Of a stretch of DNA of 64,000 nt, positions 1-10,425 are shown one piece after another. This DNA comes from a virus, in the IMG/VR virus record IMGVR_UViG_3300042934_000398, positions 1 through 64,000 of that record; one strand, given 5' to 3'. Under the pieces are notes generated by a model. It ran no database searches. It was not told the origin of the DNA and saw only the letters and a program-made list of their open reading frames with translations. Every line of letters starts with the position of its first letter. The first letter of the stretch is position 1. The position numbers were made by a program, and so were the translations under genes.

Positions 1-66
1 ATAGTATTTGATCGAGACAGCTGGAGATTTGAGCATTCACTTATGAAGAATTCAGCAACTAACTAA
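1..66 (+). CDS. istB: IstB helper ATPase, 3' fragment
   Basis: Translates IVFDRDSWRFEHSLMKNSATN*, resembling the IstB C-terminal F-x-x-x-S-W/Y-R motif. Confidence 0.65.
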   Translation: MVFDRDSWRFEHSLMKNSATN

Positions 67-126
67 CCATGAAGGGTGTTACACTTTTGCATTGCATTTT
101 GTTACACTTTTCTATTGCAAAAAACA
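1..126 (+). mobile_element. Right end of an IS21-family insertion sequence
   Basis: IstB-like C-terminus, then two copies of TGTTACACTTTT (77-88, 100-111) and a terminal ...AAAAACA at 126, as in IS21 multi-repeat ends; the junction interrupts a LAGLIDADG ORF. Confidence 0.75.
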
Positions 127-403
127 TGTATACACACCCATCAGCATATAAAAACCCAAGCCAATATGCTTTTTCTTCTGTATCAATTTTGCTGAAAAAT
201 TCTCTATCTAACTCTTTATTTGAATGTTTACAACAATCTTTATCCTTTAATAAAGTTTTACTTCTCTTTCCTAAATTTTTTGACTTTAAAAAATCACTTA
301 TTCTATAAGTTCTACATTTTAATATATTTCTAATATTAGTTAATGTTTCTCCATCGTTGTACATTTTTAAAATAATATTTTCTTGTTCAATAGTAAAATC
401 CAT
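127..403 (-). pseudogene. LAGLIDADG homing endonuclease N-terminus, truncated by the IS
   Basis: HTH-like N-terminus, then FFSKIDTEEKAYWLGFLYADGCVY; the frame then runs into the IS end (MFFAIEK...). Confidence 0.8.
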
Positions 404-428
404 ATTATCACCTATAATTTAACCTTTC

Positions 429-602
429 TTATTTTTGAGCATAAAAAATCTCCAGTGCGTGAAACAACTCTGGAGTCTTTGTGTATTTATATGTATTTAC
501 TTCATTTATTACTTTAATAAAATTGTATTTTATTCCTATACTTTCAAGATATTTCATCTCTGGAGTAAATTGTGTTGAATATTCTTTATCAAATTTTTTG
601 AT
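429..602 (-). CDS. Small phage protein (DUF5659-like), probable ATC start
   Basis: AGGAGG SD, then ATC-KKFDKEYSTQFTPEMKYLESIGIKYNFIK...YKYTKTPELFHALEIFYAQK*; not in the ORF track. Confidence 0.65.
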   Translation of the reverse strand: MKKFDKEYSTQFTPEMKYLESIGIKYNFIKVINEVNTYKYTKTPELFHALEIFYAQK

Positions 603-613
603 AACAACCCCTC

Positions 614-1852
614 CTACATTAACTCAGCAATTTTCGCAATTCTACTTCTATAAATATTTTGTAGTTCAATTTCTCCGTATAAATCTTCGCCACGAAATAC
701 TTCTGACATTCTTCTCATTCCGTTATTAGCCCCAGAATATTGAGCAAGATCAACTTGGGCATTATAATCACCATCAATAATACATACACAATCTTCGCCA
801 ATACGTTGTAGTGCAAGTTTCATTAGAGAAATATCCATATTTTGTGCTTCTGTAATATAAACACCAGCTTTCATTCCAGTTGTATCAAATCCTCTAATAT
901 CTGATAACGGAAGGAGTAGTAATTTACCATCACTTATTAATTCTTGTACTGCATAAATATCTCCTAATTTAGCACTAAGCATATTGCCTATAGAACTATC
1001 TAAAAGTTTTTCGTCTTTTGAACCGGGATAAAAACCAAGCTTTGCAGAATTAGCCGTAGCTACTGTATTACAAAATACAACTATTTTATCTATTTTGTGT
1101 TTGTCTAACATATAAAATAAATATCCTAAAGCCAAATAACTTTTTCCTGTGCCGGCAGCGCCTTTTAACATTGTTATTTTATTAAATGACAAACTGTTTA
1201 AAGCACATAATTGATACACATCTCCTTGATATGGTTTCACCGTACCAAAATAATTAGATTTTACTGTTTCATTTTTAACATTCTCATGTTCTTCTCCAGA
1301 CCATCTAAATTTATCAACTATTTCTCCACTTTTATTTTTAATGATTAAATATTCATTTACCAATAAATCATATGTATTAATATTTAAATGTTCATATAAT
1401 TTAGCCATTTCATCATCATCCAAAGAAACAACTTTGAAACCAGTATAAATATCCTCTTTATCTGTTTTAGTTGATGATACTTCTAACTTAAATATATCTC
1501 TTGCTATAGTTCTACAGCATATGTCATTTGATATAAATGTAATAGGAGAGTGCTGATTATATTGATAAGCGCAAGCAATAATTAAATTGTCAGGTGATGA
1601 TTCTAATTTTAACTTGCTAATAATCTTATCAGTTTTATCATTTGGAATCACAACCTCATATTTATTATTATTTTCATCTAATATATGGATTGCTTTTCTT
1701 GCTCTAAATTTTGTTTCGTCATCTTTATTTTTAGAAGTTTTAATGTGTTCTAATTCATGTAATGTAACTGAGCTGATAATAAAATTATCTTTTAAAACAT
1801 CTTTTTGTAAATTTAATAGTGCATTTGTATCTAGGAATAATTTATATTCCAT
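614..1852 (-). CDS. phoH: PIN-domain PhoH-family ATPase
   Basis: N-terminal FLDTNALL PIN motif, GAAGTGKS Walker A, LGFYPG, IRG, EAQN and DGDxxQ PhoH motifs. Confidence 0.92.
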   Translation of the reverse strand: MEYKLFLDTNALLNLQKDVLKDNFIISSVTLHELEHIKTSKNKDDETKFRARKAIHILDENNNKYEVVIPNDKTDKIISKLKLESSPDNLIIACAYQYNQHSPITFISNDICCRTIARDIFKLEVSSTKTDKEDIYTGFKVVSLDDDEMAKLYEHLNINTYDLLVNEYLIIKNKSGEIVDKFRWSGEEHENVKNETVKSNYFGTVKPYQGDVYQLCALNSLSFNKITMLKGAAGTGKSYLALGYLFYMLDKHKIDKIVVFCNTVATANSAKLGFYPGSKDEKLLDSSIGNMLSAKLGDIYAVQELISDGKLLLLPLSDIRGFDTTGMKAGVYITEAQNMDISLMKLALQRIGEDCVCIIDGDYNAQVDLAQYSGANNGMRRMSEVFRGEDLYGEIELQNIYRSRIAKIAELM

Positions 1853-1892
1853 TAGTCCACCATCTTTCTATAGTATTTTTTTGATTGTATTA

Positions 1893-2057
1893 TTATTTCT
1901 TAATATCATTACGATATTTTTCTAAAACTTTTAAAACCTTTTTACTTTCTACTACGAAATAACTGTGGTACTTTCTGTTTTTATTACCGTTGTGAACATA
2001 CTTGTCAAATCCTTCGAAACGTAAATACTTAGCTTCGTCTTTTCTAATTGGCTTAAT
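1893..2057 (-). CDS. Small basic protein, probable ATT start
   Basis: AGAAGGA SD, then ATT-KPIRKDEAKYLRFEGF...VLEKYRNDIKK*. Confidence 0.55.
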   Translation of the reverse strand: MKPIRKDEAKYLRFEGFDKYVHNGNKNRKYHSYFVVESKKVLKVLEKYRNDIKK

Positions 2058-2217
2058 AATAAATCCTTCTTTCTTTAATAAATTTTCTTCCGTAGAAGAG
2101 ATTACAGTATGTACTTTTGATATACAATCTTGTCATAAGACACGCTTTACCTTTAAGCTATACTGTATTGACCAGAAAGGATGGTGTATACATTTCTGAG
2201 CCATAATCAAACCCTCA

Positions 2218-2290
2218 AGCTTCAACACAGACTTGAACTGTGAACCCACTGCTTACAAGGCAGATGCTCTGCCAATTGAGCTATTGAAGC
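2218..2290 (-). tRNA. tRNA-Thr(UGU)
   Basis: GCTTCAA/TTGAAGC acceptor stem, D arm GCTC/GAGC, anticodon loop CTTGTAA, T arm CACAG-TTCAAGT-CTGTG; CCA not encoded. Confidence 0.93.
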
Positions 2291-2302
2291 AAATATAATA
2301 AA

Positions 2303-2776
2303 AGACCGCAACTTAGACGGTCTATTTACACATGAACGATATTCTAAATTAATGTCCCGTCATTCACGGAGATAAAACTCAATGATTTGCGTAACATAGC
2401 ATGTTAATTAATGTTGATAATGATTATTGGTGGAGTGACATTTCCACATCTCTTTAAGACCTATGGTAAACATAGGAGCGATAGCAGCCTGTTCTATCCT
2501 CAATAATCATTACAATTTTTTAGAGTCACATTACGAGAAATTTCTTCTTTTAATAATCTGAAATTGGCTGTTTTACGCTCATGTGTTATCACACGATTAA
2601 CCACATTTACTCTAACTTCCCATGCACGTTAGAACCAATTAATTAAAATATCGCATTTTGTTTGCTGGTAGCGAAACACCATATTGTAACAAACAATGTT
2701 GAGTACATTGTGAAACTTGTTTCTTTGACATTGGACAGCTCACCTACGGTACGTAAGTGCGCCATCCGTCAAAGAA
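2303..2776 (-). ncRNA. Cluster of multi-stem structured elements upstream of the tRNA
   Basis: 12-bp closing stem 2418-2429/2501-2512 with three internal hairpins; 9-bp closing stem 2721-2729/2768-2776; further stems at 2303-2323, 2562-2640 and 2654-2698; no ORF. Confidence 0.5.
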
Positions 2777-2925
2777 TGGAGAATGATATGAAAACTAAAA
2801 GTCGTTAAAAAGCTTATTTGATTGTGAGTACAATGTATATTATTATTTCCTATACTGTATATATAACACATTAAAATAGTCTACAAAACTAGTGTTTATG
2901 CGTATTACAGTTAAAAAGATATTTC

Positions 2926-3756
2926 CTAATTGCTATAATATGACTTATTTTTAATGTTTTTTATTTCTTTTTTACACTTATCACAGTACTTATGTGGCTT
3001 TGTTTTGTCTTTGTCATACATTATATCTCCACAACACAAACATCTTTTTATTGGTTTATTTCGTTTTACCCCATAATATTCCTTTTGATAGTTTCTCATA
3101 TACCCATCCAATCCTTTACATAAGTAAGCTATAGCAAAATTATCCTCATTCCAAGTATTTATATCAATCGTAAGATGACTTTTATCTTCAAAATCTTCAA
3201 GTGGTACAAAGTTTTCAAACATCCTTTTGAAATATGGTGCAATTAATTTCTTGTAAGCATTCCAACTGATATTCATTTTCTGCTTTGCATATTTTTCTTT
3301 TACGTTTATTGAATCAGCAATAATATTATCAATTTGTGATGTGAGAGTAGTAACATCATATTCTTCTCCAGACTTCCATCTATAATACATTTGCTTTGGT
3401 TGCTTAATCAAATCCATATATTCTTTTTTCAAACAAACATTTCCATCGCACAGATTAGTATAAATATTATTTATCTTTTGTCTAATTAAACTAACAAAAT
3501 CAGTATCTTTTGTCATGGAACGATATGTTATATAACTCACATCGGAATATGTATTAAAAATTTGTCCTATTTCTGTACTTAATAATGACTTTGACACAGA
3601 AAATCTTATGTCCTTCTTATATGTGCTTCGCTTATTTTTACTAGACCATATTAGTTTCATAAATTCTTTTATTATGTCATCTTTTTCTTTGTCTATTATT
3701 GTTTCTTTATAATCATCTAATATTTCATATAAGAACTTATCAGATATATCATACAT
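2926..3756 (-). CDS. RNAP-coupled protein with a sigma region-2-like segment and C-terminal Zn ribbon
   Basis: ATG overlaps the RNAP stop; NFAIAYLCKGLDGYMRNY resembles sigma region 2.4; C-terminal CLCC...CDKC. Confidence 0.55.
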   Translation of the reverse strand: MYDISDKFLYEILDDYKETIIDKEKDDIIKEFMKLIWSSKNKRSTYKKDIRFSVSKSLLSTEIGQIFNTYSDVSYITYRSMTKDTDFVSLIRQKINNIYTNLCDGNVCLKKEYMDLIKQPKQMYYRWKSGEEYDVTTLTSQIDNIIADSINVKEKYAKQKMNISWNAYKKLIAPYFKRMFENFVPLEDFEDKSHLTIDINTWNEDNFAIAYLCKGLDGYMRNYQKEYYGVKRNKPIKRCLCCGDIMYDKDKTKPHKYCDKCKKEIKNIKNKSYYSN

Positions 3757-6358
3757 TCTTTTCACCATCCCATAATTCATAATATTTCCCCAAATATTCA
3801 TAACTATATTCGGTTTTATATGGTGTTTCTACAATCATAGTACGTTTTTTCTCAGGAGTATTTTCTTTAAGATTTTTGATAATATAATCTCCATATCCAT
3901 TCCAAGCCAATACCTTGCTTATTGACATATTTGAATAAGATACTTTAATAACATAATTGGCTAGGATTTCTTCATCTGTAACAATTTCAGATAATTTCTT
4001 TTTGTACTGATTTATTAATATTTGAGATTGATTATATTCACATTCAGTTTGTTTAGAAGATTTTTCATTAATCATTTCACGCCACTTGTCAGCAAACTCA
4101 TTAATTAGATGTTTAATATTATTTATTATTCTTTTGTCATTTAATTCAAATTTACTATTAAGAATTAAACATCTAGTATCAACGACATTTCTATCCCAAA
4201 CTATTTTTTTCTTTTCCCATGTGTCAATATAATCTGCAAGTTCATTCATAGGAGAAGGAGAGTGGTAAGCATTTAATTCAACTTTATCGGCATCGTCTTG
4301 AATTGATTTATTGTGACGTTTTAACTTGTAATATGTATTCATTTTTTTTGGATAGTTATACATCAAGAAAAATGGTAGTTGTTTTAGAAATCTTCTCAAT
4401 CCTTTATTCATTTGCCACCTAACTCCAGTTTTCTGAAAATCAATTTCTTTTCCTTGAAATATTCTAAGCAACGAAACATAATCATCATATATCTTTTTCC
4501 ATTTTGCATCAGTAGTGTACATGTTGCGAATGCTCGTTGCAACATTTGTAATTTCTCCTATACGATTATCTCTACTATTAACTTCATAATCTGTAATATT
4601 GTCTTTATTGTATTTTTTTACTTTTGCAGTTACTTTATCTTCAATGTCTATTATTATTGGTTTATCAATTTTAGACGATACAATGATTGGGTTTATATCT
4701 AATTTTATGGCATCCCCGTCCTCATCCATACCCCCTTGTTGTGGGGCAGACAAATCATACATATTAATCATTACAACGTCTTGGTCTTTAAAATTACTAA
4801 ACCATTTATTTGTTATTTCATTTTCCACAATGTTTACATCATTTACTTCAGAAGGACAAACCAGTGGACTACGGAAAGATAATACTTTTCCTTTTCTAAT
4901 TGTATCACAGTAAAATTCTTTCGCTTTTAAACAACCAACAGGTTCTTTGCCAGAAGCATATTCTAAATATCCTATCATATCCCCAACAACCGTATGGTAA
5001 AATCCATCTGAATAAATTTTTCCATACTTCATATCGTTTATTGTTTTCTTTAATTTACGATGTATATATTGTTTTACTGCTGGATCTTTTAGCATTACAT
5101 CATTTATTAATGCTGCTTCAAGATATTTTCCTTCAGCTTCATATCTATCTGTATCATTAATACCTAAAAACTTATATGTATAAAATTTATCTCCTTTTAT
5201 AATTTTTTCACATAAATCAGTTGAATATTTTGCAATTTTAATCATTTTCCCTTCGTTTTCTGGATCTAAAATATTATAATTCTTATAATTTTTTTCTTCA
5301 AATTGTTTAATATATTTATCATTCCATAAATCAAGGCATTGTAAATATTGAAAATTCATTTTTGTCATTAAATTAATATCTTTTAAATGGTGACTGTATT
5401 TACTAACACCTAATTTGAATTGATATTTCTCAATTGTTTCAAGATACTTATTCCATCCGTCAGAACCATATTTATTTTTAAATATACCAAACCCTTTAAA
5501 CATTGAAATATTCCATAGACAATCAATATCATCAACATTATGCATATTTCCAAAGATATCAGGTATTTCAGTTGTTCCTAAAACATATTTTAAATAAATA
5601 TTGAAATCTTCAAACTCAACAGAATAACCCTTAAAGAATGGAAGTCTAATTTGTAGTCCAATTGGAATATAATCTAGTCCTAGAGCTGTCTTTGCCATTT
5701 CACTTACTTTTCTTGAATGACATCCACATCCGTCAAACGGAGATAATTCAATAGAATGATAACCTTCGTCAATTTCTCTTGCTTTATATTTTTTCACCTC
5801 ACCAGTTTCTTCATCAGTATATTCTTTATCTTTTTCAACTACATATCTAATATATTGATCTTCTAAAACTTTTTTATATTCTCCAATTACAACAATATAT
5901 GGTAATTTGTCTTTAATTAAAGTACAAGAACTGAAAGGGAGACATCTTTGTGCTTCATATTTTGAAATAACACATTCATCTATTTCAACGTCCATTTGAG
6001 TAACCATAAATAATTCTTCGTAAATATTAGCATCGCAAAACGCAGTTATTCCATCTTTGCCTTGAGATGCAGATTTACCAAATCTAACATAGTTTACTCC
6101 GTTATAAGTAAAACCATTGTTCAGAACATATCTTAATTCATTCTCGGTCTTTGGATTCTTTGGTGCTTCAACTAATATAAACTCATTTATTCTTTCTGAA
6201 AAACTTCCACGTATTCTTTCTATCTGGTCAAACAGAATAGAATTACTTTGTGCAATAAGATAATCTACCTCATCATCTTTGGATATTTCCACATTATATG
6301 AATGTTTTATTATTAATTTTAATGGTATTTTCGCTAATACAAATTGTTGTTTGTCCAT
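3749..6358 (-). CDS. yonO: YonO-like single-subunit DNA-dependent RNA polymerase (RdRP-related)
   Basis: 869 aa; FDGCG, QIRLPFFKG, FRSP, catalytic GGMDEDGD (DxDGD), IGEITN, EIDFQK. Confidence 0.9.
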   Translation of the reverse strand: MDKQQFVLAKIPLKLIIKHSYNVEISKDDEVDYLIAQSNSILFDQIERIRGSFSERINEFILVEAPKNPKTENELRYVLNNGFTYNGVNYVRFGKSASQGKDGITAFCDANIYEELFMVTQMDVEIDECVISKYEAQRCLPFSSCTLIKDKLPYIVVIGEYKKVLEDQYIRYVVEKDKEYTDEETGEVKKYKAREIDEGYHSIELSPFDGCGCHSRKVSEMAKTALGLDYIPIGLQIRLPFFKGYSVEFEDFNIYLKYVLGTTEIPDIFGNMHNVDDIDCLWNISMFKGFGIFKNKYGSDGWNKYLETIEKYQFKLGVSKYSHHLKDINLMTKMNFQYLQCLDLWNDKYIKQFEEKNYKNYNILDPENEGKMIKIAKYSTDLCEKIIKGDKFYTYKFLGINDTDRYEAEGKYLEAALINDVMLKDPAVKQYIHRKLKKTINDMKYGKIYSDGFYHTVVGDMIGYLEYASGKEPVGCLKAKEFYCDTIRKGKVLSFRSPLVCPSEVNDVNIVENEITNKWFSNFKDQDVVMINMYDLSAPQQGGMDEDGDAIKLDINPIIVSSKIDKPIIIDIEDKVTAKVKKYNKDNITDYEVNSRDNRIGEITNVATSIRNMYTTDAKWKKIYDDYVSLLRIFQGKEIDFQKTGVRWQMNKGLRRFLKQLPFFLMYNYPKKMNTYYKLKRHNKSIQDDADKVELNAYHSPSPMNELADYIDTWEKKKIVWDRNVVDTRCLILNSKFELNDKRIINNIKHLINEFADKWREMINEKSSKQTECEYNQSQILINQYKKKLSEIVTDEEILANYVIKVSYSNMSISKVLAWNGYGDYIIKNLKENTPEKKRTMIVETPYKTEYSYEYLGKYYELWDGEKNV

Positions 6359-6372
6359 TAATATCCCCCTAA

Positions 6373-6822
6373 TTATAAGTATCTTTTATAAAATTCATTT
6401 GCAATTGGTTCTGACATCTCTAAATACTTTTTATAGCCTTCAAAATAAATACAAGGCTGTCTCATTTTAAAACCTTTTATTTTATCAATAAAATAATCAT
6501 AGATACCACCAGCTAAAATATCTTCGTTTTCAAATATTCCTACAAATTGTTTTTCTTCCCAAAATTGTTTTTGTAAAACCGGATGAAGATTTTTAACATA
6601 TATTGAATATGCTGTTAATTGCTTATAAAAAATATCAAGAGAAGCATTATATCCATCTTCCATAATTCCATTTTCAATTACGTGAACAGTGTTATCTAAC
6701 TCTTCAAAAACAGTAGAGTGACAATTTGGACAAATCATTGTTAAATAATTCATGTCATCAATTAACACAAGTTCATCTTCACATATTGGGCATTTTGTAA
6801 TTCGTTTAAAATTCTTTTTCAT
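6373..6822 (-). CDS. Hypothetical protein with N-terminal Zn ribbon
   Basis: CPIC...CPNC; GAGGAG SD. Confidence 0.7.
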   Translation of the reverse strand: MKKNFKRITKCPICEDELVLIDDMNYLTMICPNCHSTVFEELDNTVHVIENGIMEDGYNASLDIFYKQLTAYSIYVKNLHPVLQKQFWEEKQFVGIFENEDILAGGIYDYFIDKIKGFKMRQPCIYFEGYKKYLEMSEPIANEFYKRYL

Positions 6823-6938
6823 ATTTTCATTCTCCTCTAAATTGATTGTTTATATTTTTGTTAATAGTTTCTAATTCCAAATCAAACATTACTTCTATCA
6901 ATATGTACTAATTGTCTATTATTATCTGCTAATAAACT

Positions 6939-7301
6939 TTATATTAACTTACAGTAATAACAATCATCTTCTTTATCATATCTCACATTCACATCAGGAA
7001 TAACCATCATTACTTCCCGTAATTGACCAGTAGAATATACAAATCCACGCTCACCATGTCTAATTGTATCGAGACAATCATTAACAATAGCAGTAAAGTA
7101 CTCATTGTATTTTCCTTCTGGTATGTAATATCTTTTGCCTATGTATGGTGTTATAGTAGTTCTTATATCTTTAATTATTCTAGTGTGTGCAATAGAGTGG
7201 TTATATTCTCTGGTTACGTTTTGATTCATTCCAGTAAGAGTAGTTCTCCATTTTAAGTTGGTTCTCCAAAAATTATTTGTTGTAGCGTTTATATTGTTCA
7301 T
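6939..7301 (-). CDS. Hypothetical protein
   Basis: AGGAG SD; lies in the minus-strand operon. Confidence 0.65.
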   Translation of the reverse strand: MNNINATTNNFWRTNLKWRTTLTGMNQNVTREYNHSIAHTRIIKDIRTTITPYIGKRYYIPEGKYNEYFTAIVNDCLDTIRHGERGFVYSTGQLREVMMVIPDVNVRYDKEDDCYYCKLI

Positions 7302-7321
7302 TATTATTTATTAATCTCCTT

Positions 7322-7567
7322 TTATAGTTTTTCTGCTAATGTTTCTAACACTTTAAATATATAATTGATTTTACCTATATGGTTATTAAAAGATTTAACT
7401 TTTATCAACGAATCTTTATTTAAATCATATAAAGTATACAAATCAATAATGTTAACCTTGCTCATTTTAATTTTCTTTCCTAAATATCCTGATGCTGCAA
7501 TGCTATTATCTAATAAATCATTCATGATACCTTTGACTAATTTGTTTCTGCATTCGTTTTCGTCCAT
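7322..7567 (-). CDS. Hypothetical protein
   Basis: ORF in operon, AAAGG SD. Confidence 0.6.
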   Translation of the reverse strand: MDENECRNKLVKGIMNDLLDNSIAASGYLGKKIKMSKVNIIDLYTLYDLNKDSLIKVKSFNNHIGKINYIFKVLETLAEKL

Positions 7568-7570
7568 AAT

Positions 7571-8356
7571 TTATTTTACCTTTCTTTCCGTGCTTTGATC
7601 AAATTTTTTACTTAAATATTTCTTTTCTTGTATATATTCTTTTCCCCATTGTAGTTCCTGTTGGTAGTCATATTCTTTATCTATTCTATTTCTTTTATAT
7701 CTGTATTTATTTACAAACATAGTTACTTCAGTATGCCAATTCCCATCATCATCCTGATATCTTGGCAATTCTTGTGACACCAAAATATCTAATTCGTTTA
7801 ATATTTTTACTGATCGTGATATATAACGACCACTCAATCCTATATCTTTTTCAATATCTATGTACATACGATAGCAAAATTCAGGTTTACTAGATTTATC
7901 TCCAATATATCCATCTTGCCTACGTAGCATGTTTGTCCTTATATAAGATAATGTTAATAGTAGAAAAGCAGTATTCATTTTGCTTGTGTCTTTTGTGTAC
8001 TTCTTAAAATCTTTAATCTTCTTAATCTCGTCAAAATAAATTAATGCAAATTGTGTGTCAGGACAGAATTTACTCATATCTAATTCTGCAACACTAAACA
8101 TATCTGCAGATATAGTTCCTTTTACTTTTATGTAAGATAAGTCTTCTAAGCTAGCTATTACTGATGTTACTTGCTCATTTATTTTATTTTTATGATAGTC
8201 TTTTTTGTGACCACACCATTCAACTATATTATTGCAGCTAAATCCAACAGTATCATCAAGCCCCTGCTTAGATGCAAAGTATGAATACACGGAGATTCTT
8301 TTTTCATTTATATCAGTATTATAGATTAATTCTTTTGGTACTAATATGTAGCTAAT
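7571..8356 (-). CDS. Putative winged-HTH replication initiator-like protein (ATT start)
   Basis: YILVPKELIY...RISVYSYF N-terminus and two HTH-like segments; AGGAGG SD 9 nt before ATT at 8356; adjacent to short direct repeats. Confidence 0.5.
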   Translation of the reverse strand: MSYILVPKELIYNTDINEKRISVYSYFASKQGLDDTVGFSCNNIVEWCGHKKDYHKNKINEQVTSVIASLEDLSYIKVKGTISADMFSVAELDMSKFCPDTQFALIYFDEIKKIKDFKKYTKDTSKMNTAFLLLTLSYIRTNMLRRQDGYIGDKSSKPEFCYRMYIDIEKDIGLSGRYISRSVKILNELDILVSQELPRYQDDDGNWHTEVTMFVNKYRYKRNRIDKEYDYQQELQWGKEYIQEKKYLSKKFDQSTERKVK

Positions 8357-8391
8357 ATGGTTATACCTCCTTTCTAGTAATTTTAACTTTA

Positions 8392-8465
8392 GTACACTCG
8401 CCAAGGTGCAATATTCAAAAAATTTTTAATTTAGGTACACTCAAAGTGGCACTTTTGATACACTC
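8392..8465. repeat. Three short direct repeats RTACACTC (iteron- or operator-like)
   Basis: Copies at 8392-8399, 8435-8442 and 8458-8465. Confidence 0.45.
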
Positions 8466-8744
8466 CTAAACAAGATATACAAATAAACAAGAGATTACTT
8501 ATTGCTTACGCAACTTATTGTTGTATTTTTGCATAGTTAATTTATGGTGGTATAGATAATATTTTCTTGTTAGTATGATTTGTTTCTTTTAATAAGTTTG
8601 TGTTAGTATTAATTTCTCGTTTCATATTAAGTCTCCTTTCTGATAAAATAGTTTATATATTTATTCTGTGTCTATTATTATCTGCAATAGATTATAATTT
8701 CAATTTTCGTTTAGATTTAAGTCGTGTCACATATAACTTGTTTC

Positions 8745-8791
8745 ATTTTAACATATGAATTATCATCTGTCAATATTGTTTATTATTATTT
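8745..8791 (-). promoter_or_regulatory. Leftward sigma-A promoter with 15-bp operator motif, reading toward the rep/yonO operon
   Basis: TTGACA (8773-8768), 17 bp, TAAAAT (8750-8745); AAATAATAATAAACA at 8791-8777. Confidence 0.7.
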
Positions 8792-8981
8792 GTAATAAAA
8801 TTTTATAATGTATATTAGTTGTATCCGTCTCAATTAGATCAATTTATATTGGCTCAAGTTTACTGACTAATGTTGACTTAATTTTCTGGCTCTAGTTATA
8901 TATTTTTATTTGTCTTCCTGACGGAATCCAAATAGTAGTATGATTATTATCTAACACAAGTTATTCTATATTTTTTAAAAA

Positions 8982-9360
8982 TTTATTCTGTGGTAATTGT
9001 TTTAAGCCATTATATTTTTATAGGTATAAAATTATATCGTCTGATATGTTTAAATGGCTCTACAGAATTCCTACAAAGAAATACAAGGGTGATTATAAGT
9101 TAATTTTAGTGTAGATTGAGATAATTATAAATATTTGAGATAAATGTTAAAGTAATGGTACATAAATTTGTAATTATTGCATTTGATTGCTTAGTGTAAT
9201 GATTTATTATAGGTTAGTTGATATAGGTTAATATTGATGTTATTTAATTTTTATTCTGTGGAAACGTTTTAAAGGCAGTTTATTATTATAGGTATATTAG
9301 TTATCCTATTTGATGTTAGAGTGGCTATATAAGATTGTTAGAGAATAATACAAGGGTGAT
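8982..9360. repeat. Degenerate ~110-bp direct repeat, two copies
   Basis: 8982-9093 and 9250-9360 share TTTATTCTGTGG...TATAGGTATA...TGGCT...ATACAAGGGTGAT; partial inverted copy near 10625-10685. Confidence 0.6.
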
Positions 9361-10350
9361 AATTGAATGGATATGATGAGAATAGAAGGATATGAGATAT
9401 TTTATATTATTTATGGTGTCATTTATTGATATAGTGATGATAAAATTAGGATGATAGGATATTAATATAACCTGTAGAGTGAATATTTGATGATTATTCA
9501 TCTATAATGGAATATTTTCAATTGAATATCATGGTAGGTAGTATCTGGTAAAGTGGATTATGTGATTAATGTTTAATATACCCCTACTACTATTGTTAGT
9601 TTGATTTTTGATGGTTAATTTTACATATACTTCGATGAGATTCGATTATAGTGGTTATTATATTGGCTCAAAGTGCTTATTTTAGTAGTGTTTAGATAAT
9701 ATATTGGCTGTTTAGATTGGATATTATGTTAGTGTAAATTGGTGCGATTTATGTGAAAATGGGGTTAATTCGATATAATGTAGTAAAATCAATGAGTGTA
9801 GCGATTTTAAATGTAAAAATGGATAAAAATACACTAATTTTGTGATGTTGAAATTAAAATAAATGGCTTAAAATGGGCATTCTACCGAAGCGACTACCGA
9901 ACCATTTTAGATGAATTTAGAACGTTTTTATTAAAATTGTGCTTCGATAAAAATTTTAGATGTCTAGATGTGGATGTAATAGATAGGGCATTATCCGGCA
10001 ACCGGTATTTGGTTATAAATGTAAACTAGTCCCCCATTGTCTATATTGATTATATCATACTATATTACTATGGAATATATGAATAGCATAGAATCAAGGC
10101 TTTTAGATGTATAATTCTATAGTCTTACATTTTATCGAATTATCAATGAATAGTAAATTAATTACATATTGTATAATCTGGTAGATATAAATTGATACAA
10201 TGGGATAATATGGCAATAAAGTATTATGTTATAGGTGTAAAGGTAATAAATTGGCAGTATAATCTGGCACTATCAATATATCATAATTATGATAGAATAA
10301 TGATACCAGTTCGAATTAGCTACTCTGTATCACTTAGTAGTAAATAAAAT

Positions 10351-10425
10351 CTATCCACATTCCATCCACAAAGTTATCAACATAATATAAAAGTTATCCA
10401 CATAGTTATCCACAATATATCCACA
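10351..10425 (+). promoter_or_regulatory. Cluster of six DnaA-box-like 9-mers
   Basis: Exact TTATCCACA at 10394 and 10406; 1-2 mismatch copies at 10351, 10362, 10374 and 10417; all in the same orientation. Confidence 0.7.

Noticed and set aside
10000-10030. dif-like site (AATGTAAACT)
   Set aside because: Only a partial XerD-side match and no XerC arm
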